From Prochlorococcus sp. AG-679-M23 (GTDB taxonomy: Bacteria > Cyanobacteriota > Cyanobacteriia > PCC-6307 > Cyanobiaceae), in assembly GCA_003208875.1 (NCBI GenBank), contig QCUR01000003.1, positions 32,001 through 96,000 on the forward strand: a stretch of 64,000 nucleotides of DNA, in the 5' to 3' direction. The notes below the pieces were generated by a model. The model had not been told where the DNA came from and did not search any database. It was given only the letters and a program-made list of their open reading frames with translations. Below are positions 44,028-55,011 of this stretch, in pieces; the first letter of the stretch is position 1, and each line of letters opens with the position of its first letter. The translations under genes and the position numbers were made by a program.

Positions 44028-46556
44028 CTAGAAATTAGCCCCTGCCAATTCTTGAGAAGATTCTTCTGAGGAAATATTTACTATGACTTTCTTATTCTCG
44101 TCTATATCAACTAAAGCTTTATCTCCATCTTTAATTCTTCCTGATAAAACTTCTTCAGCTAAACTATCCTCTAATAAGCGCATAACTGCTCTTCTTAAAG
44201 GTCTTGCTCCGTAAGAGGGATTATATCCTTCTTCGACAAGCCTTTCTTTAAAAGCATCAGTAACATTTAATTTTATACCCTTCTCGTTTAATCGAGAAAA
44301 AACTTCTTTTAACATTATTTCTGCAATTTCTTTAACTTCATTTTTAGATAATTGTCTGAATACAATTATTTCATCAAGCCTATTTAAAAATTCAGGTCTG
44401 AAGTATTGTTTTAATTCCTCATTTACAAGTGATTTTATCCTATTGTATTGGCTATCTTCAACTGAATCTCCTGAAAATTCAAAGCCTAAACCCCCACCAC
44501 CTTTTTCGATTACTTTAGAACCAATATTAGAAGTCATTATTAAAAGTGTATTTTTAAAATCTACTGTTCTACCTTTTGAGTCTGTTAGTCTTCCATCTTC
44601 CAGTAATTGTAATAATAAATTAAATACGTCTGGATGAGCTTTCTCAACTTCATCGAAGAGTACAACAGTATATGGTCTTCTTCTTACTGCCTCTGTAAGT
44701 TGGCCTCCCTCATTGAAGCCTACATATCCTGGAGGTGAACCAATTAATTTGCTGACAGTATGTCTTTCCATAAATTCAGACATATCTAATCTGATCATGG
44801 CTTCTTCACTACCAAAAAAGTACGAAGCCAAGGATTTGGTTAATTCAGTTTTTCCAACACCAGTAGGACCTGAAAAGATAAAACTTGCAATTGGCCTATT
44901 AGGGTTTTTCAAACCGACTCTAGCTCTTCTAATAGCTCTTGATACTGCTTTAACAGCCTCATCTTGACCTATTAACCTTTGATGTAACGTCTCTTCCATA
45001 TTAAGGAGTTTGACCGACTCGGTTTCTGTTAATTTCTGAACGGGAACGCCGGTCCAAGAGGCAACTATATGAGCTACATCCTCTTCACTTACAAGAGGAT
45101 CATGAATAATCGTTGAATTATTTTCAGTAGTTTCTTTAGAAATACTTGTATCATTTTTTTCTGAACTTTCTTTTTTATTTTCCAAAAGCTCTTTTATTTT
45201 TGCAGATAATTCAATTTCTTTTTCTCTTAACACTCCTGCCTGATCGAAGTTTTGATCTCTTACTGATTCTTCTTTTTGTTTCTGGACCTGTCTTAATTCT
45301 TTATCAATTTGTTTCGCTTCGGGAGGAAGTTTGGAATTGATCAGCCTTACTCTACTGCCTGCCTCGTCTATAAGATCTATAGCTTTATCTGGTAAAAACC
45401 TATCAGAAATGTAGCGATCACCTAAATGAGCTGCTGCTTCTAAAGCGTCATCTGTAATTTTTAAACGATGATGTTGCTCGTAACGTTCCCTTAAACCTTT
45501 TAAAATTTCAATAGTATCAGCAATAGATGGCTCTCCAACCATTACAGGTTGAAACCTTCTTTCAAGAGCAGCATCTCTTTCAATATGCTTTCTATATTCA
45601 TCAAGAGTTGTAGCACCTATACATTGAAGTTCTCCTCTAGCTAATGCTGGTTTTAATATGTTAGCAGCATCAATTGCACCTTCAGCAGCTCCTGCACCTA
45701 TTAAAGTATGAACCTCATCGATAACTAATATAACGTTACCAGCAGATTTAATTTCTTCCATTATTTTTTTTAGTCTTTCTTCAAATTCACCTCTATATTT
45801 TGTTCCTGCGACAAGGAGGCCAATATCAAGAGTTAGAACTCTTTTATCCTCAAGGATATCTGGAATTTCCCCAAGTTGAATTCTTTGTGCTAAACCTTCA
45901 GCAATAGCTGTTTTTCCTACTCCAGGTTCACCTATTAGAACAGGATTGTTTTTAGTTCTTCTACCTAAAATTTGAATAACTCTATCAATTTCTGCGTGGC
46001 GTCCAACAACTGGATCAAGTTTTGATTCACTTGCTAGTTTTGTTAAGTTTGTACCGAATTCGTCAAGAGTCGCGGTTTTCAAATTACCCTTATTTGAAGA
46101 ACCGCCTGAACCAACTTCAGCAGTCTCTCCAAGCATTCTTATAACTTGAGTTCTGACTTTCGTTAAGTCAATTCCAAGATTCTCTAAAACTCTTGCGGCA
46201 ACACCCTCTCCTTCTCTGATTAGACCCAAAAGTAGATGTTCCGTGCCTATATAATTGTGACCCAATTGGCGTGCTTCTTCAAGAGATAATTCTAAAACTC
46301 TTTTCGCTCTAGGGGTAAATGGGATTTCAACGGCTACAAATCCTGAACCTCTTCCTATAATTTTCTCAACTTCTATTCTTGAATCTTTTAAATTTACACC
46401 TAGTGATTTAAGCACCTTTGCAGCTACACCTGTTCCTTCTCCAATTAAACCTAAAAGAATTTGTTCTGTTCCAACAAAATTATGACCAAGTCTTCTAGCC
46501 TCTTCTTGCGCAAGCATAATGACTTTGATTGCTTTCTCTGTGAATCTTTCAAACAT
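44028..46556 (-). CDS. clpC: Clp protease ATP-binding subunit ClpC
   Basis: [10 protein letters not shown]-domain, two AAA+ Walker A motifs ([16 protein letters not shown]) and LGF loop. Confidence 0.97.
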   Translation of the reverse strand: MFERFTEKAIKVIMLAQEEARRLGHNFVGTEQILLGLIGEGTGVAAKVLKSLGVNLKDSRIEVEKIIGRGSGFVAVEIPFTPRAKRVLELSLEEARQLGHNYIGTEHLLLGLIREGEGVAARVLENLGIDLTKVRTQVIRMLGETAEVGSGGSSNKGNLKTATLDEFGTNLTKLASESKLDPVVGRHAEIDRVIQILGRRTKNNPVLIGEPGVGKTAIAEGLAQRIQLGEIPDILEDKRVLTLDIGLLVAGTKYRGEFEERLKKIMEEIKSAGNVILVIDEVHTLIGAGAAEGAIDAANILKPALARGELQCIGATTLDEYRKHIERDAALERRFQPVMVGEPSIADTIEILKGLRERYEQHHRLKITDDALEAAAHLGDRYISDRFLPDKAIDLIDEAGSRVRLINSKLPPEAKQIDKELRQVQKQKEESVRDQNFDQAGVLREKEIELSAKIKELLENKKESSEKNDTSISKETTENNSTIIHDPLVSEEDVAHIVASWTGVPVQKLTETESVKLLNMEETLHQRLIGQDEAVKAVSRAIRRARVGLKNPNRPIASFIFSGPTGVGKTELTKSLASYFFGSEEAMIRLDMSEFMERHTVSKLIGSPPGYVGFNEGGQLTEAVRRRPYTVVLFDEVEKAHPDVFNLLLQLLEDGRLTDSKGRTVDFKNTLLIMTSNIGSKVIEKGGGGLGFEFSGDSVEDSQYNRIKSLVNEELKQYFRPEFLNRLDEIIVFRQLSKNEVKEIAEIMLKEVFSRLNEKGIKLNVTDAFKERLVEEGYNPSYGARPLRRAVMRLLEDSLAEEVLSGRIKDGDKALVDIDENKKVIVNISSEESSQELAGANF

Positions 46557-46740
46557 TGAAGGGTTAAGTTTCTTACTAATAACCTACCAGTATTAAGTCA
46601 ATTTTGTGTTCAGAATGAGCTTTTGTGAATACCCAAAAGTATAATTCATGTCAAAATTAATTTACATAATTGATGATATAGCAGCTTTATTAAGGTGATT
46701 TCAGGGATTCTGGTTATCCGCACAAAAAATTTTATAATAA

Positions 46741-47178
46741 TTATTTTATGAATTCCTTTTCTTTTAAAAGAGCATCATCACCATTTTTATAATAGTTTTT
46801 TCTTCTTCCAACAGTTAAAAATTTAAATTTACAATAAAAGATCTCGGCAATTGCATTGGTTTCCGAAACTTCCAAAAGTAATTTTTTTATATTTAATTTT
46901 TCACAATCTTTTATCAAATAGTTCATTAGTTGACTTCCATAACCTTTTCGACGAAATTTTTGTTTTATTGAAAAATAACTTATTTGAGCTTCATCAATTA
47001 TTGTTTGAACTACATAAATTCCAATTATTTTCTTTTTGAAAAATATTGCAACTACTTTGGTACCAATTTTATTAAACTCACTTTGCCATTGTTTTTTAGT
47101 CCATAAACAAATTGTATCTGAATCTAATTCGTAACATAATTCAAATTCTTTTTGATCAATTTCTTTTATTGAGATCAT
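46741..47178 (-). CDS. rimI: RimI-like GNAT N-acetyltransferase
   Basis: RRKGYG, LEVSETN and RKNYY..GDDA motifs. Confidence 0.8.
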   Translation of the reverse strand: MISIKEIDQKEFELCYELDSDTICLWTKKQWQSEFNKIGTKVVAIFFKKKIIGIYVVQTIIDEAQISYFSIKQKFRRKGYGSQLMNYLIKDCEKLNIKKLLLEVSETNAIAEIFYCKFKFLTVGRRKNYYKNGDDALLKEKEFIK

Positions 47179-47256
47179 CGAAGTAAATATTTTCTCTCTA
47201 AATAGTTTTTGAAATTTTATTTATTATAAATGTTCTGAAAGTTGTAGAATGAAATT

Positions 47257-48645
47257 ATGAAAAAGATTCCCATGAATGTAAAAACATCATTCTTAAAAAA
47301 TAAAATTCATGAAAATAGTCCCAATAAAAACATAGTTCCTGTCACAACGACTATTAGCAGTGATAATAACTTATTTATTGGTGGATGTTCTTTGGAAGAT
47401 TTAGTAAGAAAATACGATTCACCCCTCTATGTTTTGGATGAGATTACCTTAAGAAATTCCTGTAGAGCATATAAAAAAGCACTAGTAAAATATTATCCAG
47501 GCCCATCTCTACCGATATATGCATCCAAGGCAAATAGTTCAATATTTATGAGTAATTTAATTGCATCAGAGGGTTTTGGGCTCGATGCAGTTTCAGAAGG
47601 AGAATTATTGACAGCTCTAAAAGGTGGAGTTCCGAATGAAAAAATTGTTTTTCATGGAAATAATAAATCTGATAAGGAAATTGAATTTGCGATAAAAAAT
47701 AATATCAAAGTTATTGTAGATAACGACCATGATTTAAAAAGACTTGAAGAGACATCTAATTCCTTTGATCACGATATAGAGATAATGATTAGATTCACAC
47801 CTGGAATAGAATGCCATACACATGAATACATCAGAACAGGTTCTTTTGATAGTAAATTTGGATTTGGAATCGAATCACTAGGTAAGCTATTCGAAGACAT
47901 AAGTAAAACTAAACATATTAAATTAACAGGATTGCATGCTCATATTGGTTCTCAGATTTTTGAACTAGATCCTCATAATGACCTTGGGAAAATAATGGTA
48001 AATGTCATTTTACAAGCTAAAGATTTTGGTCACAACATAAAAGAACTAAATGTAGGTGGTGGTCTAGGAATTAAATATACTGAGGATGATGATCCACCTT
48101 CTATTGATGAATGGATTAAAACAGTATCATTATCTGTTGTAAAAGCATGTGATAAAAATAATTTAAACTTACCAATACTTATGTGTGAGCCGGGTAGGTC
48201 TATAGTTTCAACAGCAGGAGTAACTATATACAAAATTGGCTCATTTAAAGAAGTCCCTGGGATAAGGACATACTTATCGGTAGATGGCGGTATGAGTGAT
48301 AATCCCAGGCCAATTACATATCAATCAAATTATTCAGCTTGTTTGGTAAGTAACCCTTTAAATAGTAATTCCAAAAATAAATATACAGTTGCAGGAAAAC
48401 ATTGTGAATCTGGAGATGTATTATTTAAAGAACTTGAACTTGGTGATTGCGAAACAGGTGACTTGATATGTGTTTTTGGTACTGGTGCATATAATAATTC
48501 TATGAGTTCTAACTATAATAGGATTCCCAAACCTGCTGCTATTTTAGTCTGTAATGGAGAAGCAGAGATTATTCAGAAAAGAGAAAGTCCACATGATCTT
48601 CTAAAATATGATGTCCTTCCTGATCGCTTTATCAAACAAAGTTAG
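47257..48645 (+). CDS. lysA: diaminopimelate decarboxylase
   Basis: YASKA, SKFG, HIGSQI, EPGRS and CESGD motifs. Confidence 0.96.
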   Translation: MKKIPMNVKTSFLKNKIHENSPNKNIVPVTTTISSDNNLFIGGCSLEDLVRKYDSPLYVLDEITLRNSCRAYKKALVKYYPGPSLPIYASKANSSIFMSNLIASEGFGLDAVSEGELLTALKGGVPNEKIVFHGNNKSDKEIEFAIKNNIKVIVDNDHDLKRLEETSNSFDHDIEIMIRFTPGIECHTHEYIRTGSFDSKFGFGIESLGKLFEDISKTKHIKLTGLHAHIGSQIFELDPHNDLGKIMVNVILQAKDFGHNIKELNVGGGLGIKYTEDDDPPSIDEWIKTVSLSVVKACDKNNLNLPILMCEPGRSIVSTAGVTIYKIGSFKEVPGIRTYLSVDGGMSDNPRPITYQSNYSACLVSNPLNSNSKNKYTVAGKHCESGDVLFKELELGDCETGDLICVFGTGAYNNSMSSNYNRIPKPAAILVCNGEAEIIQKRESPHDLLKYDVLPDRFIKQS

Positions 48646-48674
48646 GTACATTTAATATAATTTAAATTTCGATA

Positions 48675-49565
48675 GTGAATTTTTGGGGGTTTATAAACTT
48701 AAAATTTTTACTAGACGTATTATTTGCTCTAGGATTTGGTCTTTTATTATTTTCAAGAGTTAAAGAACAACGAACATTGTGGTTACTAAGAGGGTATTTA
48801 TTCTTAGTTTCTTTTGCTTGGTTTATTCAAAGATATGCATATCTACCTCTAACTTCAAAATTAATTGATGCTGTAGTACTTGCTTGCTCTCTGTCTTTAG
48901 CCATCCTATGGCAGGGTGAACTCCGACGATTAATGGAATTACTTGGGACTGGAAGGCTAGCTGTATTACTAGGCAACCCACCTAAAGAATTCAGAGCAAC
49001 ATCTACGACAGTTAACCAATTAGTTGATGCTGCAGGAAAGCTATCACAAAATAGAAAAGGAGCTTTAATAGTTGTAGATTTAGGAAGCGATTTAAGACCA
49101 GAAGATTTTTTATATTCAGGGATAAAGATTGAAGCAAAATTGTCTACAGATCTTTTAATAAATTTGTTCGCAACAGATACACCCTTACATGATGGAGCAG
49201 TCTTAGTAAAAGGTAATAAAATAATTTCAGCGGGAGTAATATTACCTCTATCAAGGCAAGGTATTAGTAGATACGGAACAAGACATCTTGCAGCATTGGG
49301 CATTACAGAAAGGTTTGACAGATGTATTTGTATTGTTGTCTCTGAAGAAACAGGCACTTTATCATTAGCTAATCAAGGAAAACTAGAGAGACCTATTACG
49401 AGTAGCAGATTACAAGAACTTCTCATAAAGTTAGTAGGGAATCAAAATACGTCGGGGACTCCAAAATCATCTTCGAACAAAACCAATTCGTACCAAAAAA
49501 CAAATACCAATGATACTATTACAGTTGAAAAGAAGTTAGACAAACCAAATACTATTCAAGAATAA
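48675..49565 (+). CDS. cdaA: diadenylate cyclase CdaA/DacA
   Basis: Three N-terminal TM helices; QGELRR, PLHDGA, GTRHLAA and VVSEETG motifs; lysA-cdaA-uppS synteny. Confidence 0.92.
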   Translation: MNFWGFINLKFLLDVLFALGFGLLLFSRVKEQRTLWLLRGYLFLVSFAWFIQRYAYLPLTSKLIDAVVLACSLSLAILWQGELRRLMELLGTGRLAVLLGNPPKEFRATSTTVNQLVDAAGKLSQNRKGALIVVDLGSDLRPEDFLYSGIKIEAKLSTDLLINLFATDTPLHDGAVLVKGNKIISAGVILPLSRQGISRYGTRHLAALGITERFDRCICIVVSEETGTLSLANQGKLERPITSSRLQELLIKLVGNQNTSGTPKSSSNKTNSYQKTNTNDTITVEKKLDKPNTIQE

Positions 49566-49568
49566 TTT

Positions 49569-50390
49569 ATGAGATTGAATAACATACAAACAAAAAATAA
49601 TAATATAAATTTATCTAGTGAATTAGATAAGGAGAGAATTCCAGAACACGTTGCAATAATAATGGATGGCAATGGGAGGTGGGCTACAAAAAAGGGGTTA
49701 CCTAGATCATTTGGCCATAATAAGGGTGTTAGTGTTCTAAAGGAAATTATTAAGGTATCTAAGAAAATAGATTGTAAAGTTCTAACGGTTTATGCCTTTT
49801 CAACTGAGAATTGGATTAGACCCTCCAAAGAGATTGATTTTCTTATAAATCTTTTTGAAAAAGTTTTGAAAAAAGAAATTTCTGAAATACATCAAGAGTC
49901 AATAAAAATTAAGTTTATTGGAGATTTATCCCCATTTCCTAAGTCATTAAAATCAATAATAAAGAGTTCAGAAGCACTTACTAATAATAATAATAAATTT
50001 ACATTAAATATTTGTGTAAATTATGGAGGAAGGCAAGAAATAGTAAAAGCTGCTAAAGAAATAGCCATCAAATCTACCTCAGGTGAAATAAAACCCAGTG
50101 ACATAGACGAACAATTATTTAATTCAGAACTGCTAACTAATGGGAGCAAGGATCCTGAACTACTAATTCGAACTAGTGGTGAAAAAAGGATTAGTAATTT
50201 TCTTTTATGGCAATTAGCTTATTCTGAAATTTATATAACTGATGTATTATGGCCAGACTTTACTGAGATTGAATTTTTAAAAGCCATAATAGATTATCAA
50301 TCGAGGAATAGGCGTTTTGGAGGTATAGAATCATTATCAAATGAATCTTTTGAAGATTCTTACTATTCTTCCCTAAGTAAAAATGATTAA
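49569..50390 (+). CDS. uppS: undecaprenyl diphosphate synthase
   Basis: [21 protein letters not shown] and [11 protein letters not shown] motifs. Confidence 0.96.
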   Translation: MRLNNIQTKNNNINLSSELDKERIPEHVAIIMDGNGRWATKKGLPRSFGHNKGVSVLKEIIKVSKKIDCKVLTVYAFSTENWIRPSKEIDFLINLFEKVLKKEISEIHQESIKIKFIGDLSPFPKSLKSIIKSSEALTNNNNKFTLNICVNYGGRQEIVKAAKEIAIKSTSGEIKPSDIDEQLFNSELLTNGSKDPELLIRTSGEKRISNFLLWQLAYSEIYITDVLWPDFTEIEFLKAIIDYQSRNRRFGGIESLSNESFEDSYYSSLSKND

Positions 50391-51390
50391 TTCAGATAAT
50401 CAAAAATTTAGCGAAATAAGATTTGATTGGGAAAGAGAGGAGATTTTGGAAATATTAAATTACCCATTGATAGATTTAATGTGGGAAGCTCAAATTATTC
50501 ATAGAAGATTTAATCAATATAAAGTACAACTAGCCTCTCTTTTTAGTGTAAAAACTGGCGGGTGTGAAGAGAACTGTTCTTACTGTAGCCAATCAATTTA
50601 TAGCTCTAGTCAAATAAAGAGTCACCCTCAATTTGAAGTTGAAGCTGTTTTAAATAGAGCGAAAATAGCAAAAAAAGAAGGTGCTGATAGATTTTGTATG
50701 GGTTGGGCTTGGAGAGAAATTAGAGATGGCAAACCTTTCAACTCAATGATAGAAATGGTTAAAGGTGTAAAAGAACTTGGAATGGAGGCATGTGTAACCG
50801 CGGGGATGCTCACAGATGAGCAGGCATTGAGACTTGCCGATGCCGGGCTAACCGCATACAACCATAATCTCGATACAAGTCCTGAATACTATAAAAATAT
50901 TATTACGACAAGAACTTATCAGGATAGATTAGATACTATTAAAAGAGTAAGAAATGCAGGTATAAATGTATGTTGCGGAGGAATTATAGGTCTAGGAGAA
51001 AATAATGGAGATAGAGCATCTCTTTTAGAAGTTCTCTCAAACATGAATCCTCACCCTGAAAGTGTTCCAATTAATTCACTGGTAGCTATAGAAGGAACAG
51101 GTTTGGAGAAAAAAAAAGAAATTGATTCTATTGAGATGATAAGAATGATCGCTACTGCTAGAATTCTTATGCCAAAAAGCAAAATAAGATTAAGTGCTGG
51201 AAGGGAGAACTTAACTAAAGAAGCTCAGATTCTTTGTTTTCAATGCGGAGCAAACTCTATTTTTTATGGAGATGAATTATTGACAACCTCAAATCCATCT
51301 TTTCAAGATGACAGAAAACTACTTGAGGATGTAGGGGTTTTATTTAATAAAGATTTTGAATATTGTGATAAGACTGTTTCTACGGTATGA
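50383..51390 (+). CDS. bioB: biotin synthase
   Basis: CEENCSYC radical-SAM motif; YNHNLDT, ESVPIN and RLSAGR motifs. Confidence 0.96.
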   Translation: MINSDNQKFSEIRFDWEREEILEILNYPLIDLMWEAQIIHRRFNQYKVQLASLFSVKTGGCEENCSYCSQSIYSSSQIKSHPQFEVEAVLNRAKIAKKEGADRFCMGWAWREIRDGKPFNSMIEMVKGVKELGMEACVTAGMLTDEQALRLADAGLTAYNHNLDTSPEYYKNIITTRTYQDRLDTIKRVRNAGINVCCGGIIGLGENNGDRASLLEVLSNMNPHPESVPINSLVAIEGTGLEKKKEIDSIEMIRMIATARILMPKSKIRLSAGRENLTKEAQILCFQCGANSIFYGDELLTTSNPSFQDDRKLLEDVGVLFNKDFEYCDKTVSTV

Positions 51391-52319
51391 CTAATAATAT
51401 TTATAAGATAGTTTCGCTCTATTCTTTCTTCTCATTTCAAGAAAATTCAATAATTGAACTCAAAGAAAACTTATTTAGTATTGAGAAAAACAATGATCTT
51501 TCAGGCCTATTAATAATTGCGAAAGAGGGTCTAAACGGAACCATTTGCGCTGAAGAGAGTATTATTGAAAATATCCTAAAATTAATCAAAAACATTGTTG
51601 GGATTAAAGAATTAAATATAAAAGTTAGTTATTCAAAAAAGAAGATTTTCAAAAAATTAAAAATAAAAATTAAAGCTGAAATAGTAACTATGGGTATCCC
51701 TGAAATAAATCCATCAAAAGATGCCGGAACTTATATTGACTCATTTTCTTGGAATAAATTAATTAAAGATCAAAATACAATCGTCATTGATACTAGAAAT
51801 CATTATGAAGTATCTATAGGAAGTTTTAAAAAGTCAATAAATCCAGATACGAAAAACTTTAGCGAGTTTCCAGAGTGGGTGGATAATAATTTAGGGAAAT
51901 ATTTAGGCGACGAAGATTCTAAAAATATAGCTATGTTTTGTACTGGAGGTATTAGATGTGAGAAAGCTACTAGCTTATTAAAAAAGAAAGGTTACAAAAA
52001 TATCTTCCATTTAGAAGGCGGGATACTTAAATACCTCGAAGACATTTCAAAGGAAGAAAGCTTGTTTGAAGGAGAATGTTTTGTTTTTGATAAAAGAGTA
52101 GCTTTAGATCACGAACTAAAAAAAGGTTCTTACTCAATTTGTCATGCATGTGGGATGCCAATTTCTATAGAAGAGCAAAAGAATGAGGAATACCGAGAAG
52201 GTGTGCAATGTCATTTTTGTGTAAACAAATTTAGTGATAACGATAGAAAAAGATTTGAAGAAAGGCAAAAGCAAATAAATAAATTAAAAGAGAAAAATCA
52301 AAAAGTTTTTAAGGATTAA
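51387..52319 (+). CDS. trhO: rhodanese-domain protein (TrhO/YceA, tRNA U34 hydroxylase family)
   Basis: [28 protein letters not shown] and FVFDKR motifs. Confidence 0.85.
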   Translation: MTNNIYKIVSLYSFFSFQENSIIELKENLFSIEKNNDLSGLLIIAKEGLNGTICAEESIIENILKLIKNIVGIKELNIKVSYSKKKIFKKLKIKIKAEIVTMGIPEINPSKDAGTYIDSFSWNKLIKDQNTIVIDTRNHYEVSIGSFKKSINPDTKNFSEFPEWVDNNLGKYLGDEDSKNIAMFCTGGIRCEKATSLLKKKGYKNIFHLEGGILKYLEDISKEESLFEGECFVFDKRVALDHELKKGSYSICHACGMPISIEEQKNEEYREGVQCHFCVNKFSDNDRKRFEERQKQINKLKEKNQKVFKD

Positions 52320-52832
52320 TTGATAATAATTATGAAAGTTGTAGAATTACAAACTATTGCATTACATTTAGGCCTAATTATAAAAATACAAGTAAGAGAA
52401 ACTCTTGGATTATGTTTTTTTAAAATTGTTATTGCGGAACAAACAGACAATATTGTAAAGATTTGGGGAGAGATGAAAGGTTGGACTTACTTTAATCAGG
52501 AGGGTATTCAACTTGATACATTAAGGATCCTGAGTAACTCTCCACCTTTTGTTTCGGAATTAATATGGGCATCTACCATGGCTTGGTCAATCGAAATGAA
52601 AGTTAGTAAAAAAGCACGATTATTAGCCATTTATGATGCCGAAGGATATAGTAAAAAACTTGTCAGATACTTTAAAATTATTGGATTTAAAGTTGTAAAA
52701 GAAGTTGGCTCTAGTCCAATAGACCTTTTCTTAAGATTAATTTGGGGAGGTGCGGGAACACTAATGAAAGGAGACTGTTCTTATGTATTAAATAAAATGA
52801 AAGAAAAACTTTCTTTAATTAAAAAAGTTTAA
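52320..52832 (+). CDS. conserved hypothetical protein (possible GNAT-like fold)
   Basis: 170-aa ORF abutting trhO; LLAIYD...LVRYF..GF segment. Start may be ATG 52332. Confidence 0.7.
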   Translation: MIIIMKVVELQTIALHLGLIIKIQVRETLGLCFFKIVIAEQTDNIVKIWGEMKGWTYFNQEGIQLDTLRILSNSPPFVSELIWASTMAWSIEMKVSKKARLLAIYDAEGYSKKLVRYFKIIGFKVVKEVGSSPIDLFLRLIWGGAGTLMKGDCSYVLNKMKEKLSLIKKV

Positions 52833-53728
52833 CCAGCGTGATAACTACTTCTAACTAAAGGGCCACAAGATACTTTTTTAAACCCTAATTTCTTACAAAA
52901 ACTATTTAGATATTCAAACTCCTTTGGTTCCCAATATTTCTTAACGGACAAATGCTTTAATGAAGGTCTTAGATATTGTCCAATAGTAATTTGATCACAA
53001 TTCACTTTTTTTAGATCAAGAATCGTAGTTTCTATTTCTTCTAACGTTTCTCCTAAACCCAACATTATTCCTGATTTTGTTTGAATGTTAGGAGCAATAG
53101 ACTTTGCTTTTTCTAATAAACTTATTGAATTTTTATAGTTAGCACCTCTTCGGACTTCTTTTTGAAGCCTTTCCACTGTCTCAAGATTATGATTAAAACA
53201 AATTGGTCTTTGTTCTAGAATTTTTTTAAGTCTATCTTTTTGAAGTTTATCTTTATCTCCAAAAGATTTTCCACCTCCCCATAAATCAGGGGTAAGTACT
53301 TCTATTTGAATTTTTGGGTCAATTTTTCTAATCTCATTAATCGTTGAGACAAACAAATTAGCTCCATGATCGGGGAGGTCATCTCTGGCTACTGATGTAA
53401 GTACTACATATTTTAAGTTTAGAATTTTCACTGCTTCTGCGACTTGAATACTTTCATAATTATTTATTTCAGTAGGTTTACCTTTGCTTACCTGGCAGAA
53501 AGCACAGGCACGTGAACAAATTGATCCCCCAAGTAAAAAAGTAGCAGTCCCTGAGGCATAACATTCGGCCCTATTAGGACATCTCCCTTCTTCACAAATT
53601 GTATGTATATTTGACTTTTTAATGAGCCTTTGCATTTTCTCAAATTCTGAAGCTTTACTAATAGGGAATTTTATCCAAGAAGGAAGCCTTAAAATTTTTT
53701 CTACTTTAATCTGATTTTTATTTTTCAT
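52829..53728 (-). CDS. lipA: lipoyl synthase
   Basis: CEEGRCPNRAEC, CSRACAFC and C-terminal RSSY motifs. Confidence 0.96.
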   Translation of the reverse strand: MKNKNQIKVEKILRLPSWIKFPISKASEFEKMQRLIKKSNIHTICEEGRCPNRAECYASGTATFLLGGSICSRACAFCQVSKGKPTEINNYESIQVAEAVKILNLKYVVLTSVARDDLPDHGANLFVSTINEIRKIDPKIQIEVLTPDLWGGGKSFGDKDKLQKDRLKKILEQRPICFNHNLETVERLQKEVRRGANYKNSISLLEKAKSIAPNIQTKSGIMLGLGETLEEIETTILDLKKVNCDQITIGQYLRPSLKHLSVKKYWEPKEFEYLNSFCKKLGFKKVSCGPLVRSSYHAG

Positions 53729-53730
53729 TT

Positions 53731-54330
53731 TTAAATTAAATTTGTTCTTCCTTCTAAGGCTCTTGCTAAAGTAACTTCGTCAACATATTCAAGTTCACTT
53801 CCCATAGGAAGCCCATAGGCAATTCTAGTAACTTTAGTAAAAGGAGTTAGTAATTTTCCAATATAAAGGCTTGTAGTATCGCCCTCAACACTTGGAGTAA
53901 GTGCCAGTATTATTTCTTCAATGTCTGATTTACTTACTCTAGCAACTAAACTTCTGATCTCTAACAATTCTGGACTAATTGAATCCATAGGAGAAATTAA
54001 ACCTCCAATAACATGATAAGTCCCTTTAAACTCCCTTGATCGTTCTAAAGCAAGTAAATCTTTAGTTTCTGCTACTACACAAATTATTTTTTGATTCCTC
54101 TCAGTATTTCTACATATTTCACATTCTTCTTCTGAAGTTAAATTAAAACATTTTTTGCAATAGCCAACATTACTACGTGCTTCTAATAATGATTTAGAAA
54201 AATCTCTAATACTACTTTCAGGTTGTTTTAAAACAAATAATGCTAATCTTTGAGCTGTTCTTGGACCTATTCCTGGAAATTTCTCAAAATGAGCAATTAA
54301 TTTTGAAAGTGGTTTAGTAAATGTTATCAA
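53731..54330 (-). CDS. recR: recombination protein RecR
   Basis: [11 protein letters not shown]hH, C4 zinc finger, Toprim domain and EYVD motif. Confidence 0.96.
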   Translation of the reverse strand: MITFTKPLSKLIAHFEKFPGIGPRTAQRLALFVLKQPESSIRDFSKSLLEARSNVGYCKKCFNLTSEEECEICRNTERNQKIICVVAETKDLLALERSREFKGTYHVIGGLISPMDSISPELLEIRSLVARVSKSDIEEIILALTPSVEGDTTSLYIGKLLTPFTKVTRIAYGLPMGSELEYVDEVTLARALEGRTNLI

Positions 54331-54435
54331 GATTAAATTTCTTCTAGAAACAATTTAGACGCATTTTTTGTAATTGGATTTATTTGTTTGCTTTTAATGT
54401 CTTATTATATTTTTAGTTAATAATTTCTAACAACA

Positions 54436-54993
54436 ATGAAAAATATGAAAATTAACCCTTTTAAAAATTTATTATTAATAATTTTATGTTTTGCATTAAG
54501 TGCATGCAGTGGAGGAATCAATGCAGGATTAGAGGCTTATCAGAGTCCCGATGGAAGATATGCCTTTTTATATCCAACAGGTTGGACAAGAGTAAAAGTA
54601 GATGGGGGGCCTGAAATTATTTATCACGATCTAATTAATAGTAATGAGACTTTAAGTTTGGTGATATCAGATGTAAATAAAGAAGTCGAATTAGAGCAAT
54701 TAGGGGATCCAAAAGAAGTTGGACAAACATTAATAACTAAGGTCATTGCGCCTGAGGGTTCAGGAAGATCAGTAAAACTTATTGATGCAAACAAAAGAGA
54801 AGCATCTAATCATATTTTTTATGATCTAGAGTATGAATTAAATCTTAATGATCAAGATAGGCATGAACTTGCGACTGTTGTAATCGATAGAGGAACTTTA
54901 TATACTTTTGCCGTCGGAACAAATGAAGAGAGATGGAATAAAGTCGATGGTATGTTTACTAATGTTATAGAGTCTTTTAACTTCTTAATTTAG
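54436..54993 (+). CDS. psbP: CyanoP / photosystem II PsbP family lipoprotein
   Basis: LSAC lipobox; YAFLYPTGW and YDLEY motifs. Confidence 0.9.
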   Translation: MKNMKINPFKNLLLIILCFALSACSGGINAGLEAYQSPDGRYAFLYPTGWTRVKVDGGPEIIYHDLINSNETLSLVISDVNKEVELEQLGDPKEVGQTLITKVIAPEGSGRSVKLIDANKREASNHIFYDLEYELNLNDQDRHELATVVIDRGTLYTFAVGTNEERWNKVDGMFTNVIESFNFLI

Positions 54994-55011
54994 TTTTTGA
55001 AAAAATATTTT

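Noticed and set aside
48827..49357. 176-aa antisense ORF in cdaA, and similar shadow ORFs in the hydrolase, gyrA, leuA, crtE, cobB and clpC genes
   Set aside because: They lie opposite well-supported genes, mostly in the codon-aligned antisense frame, and have no recognisable motifs.
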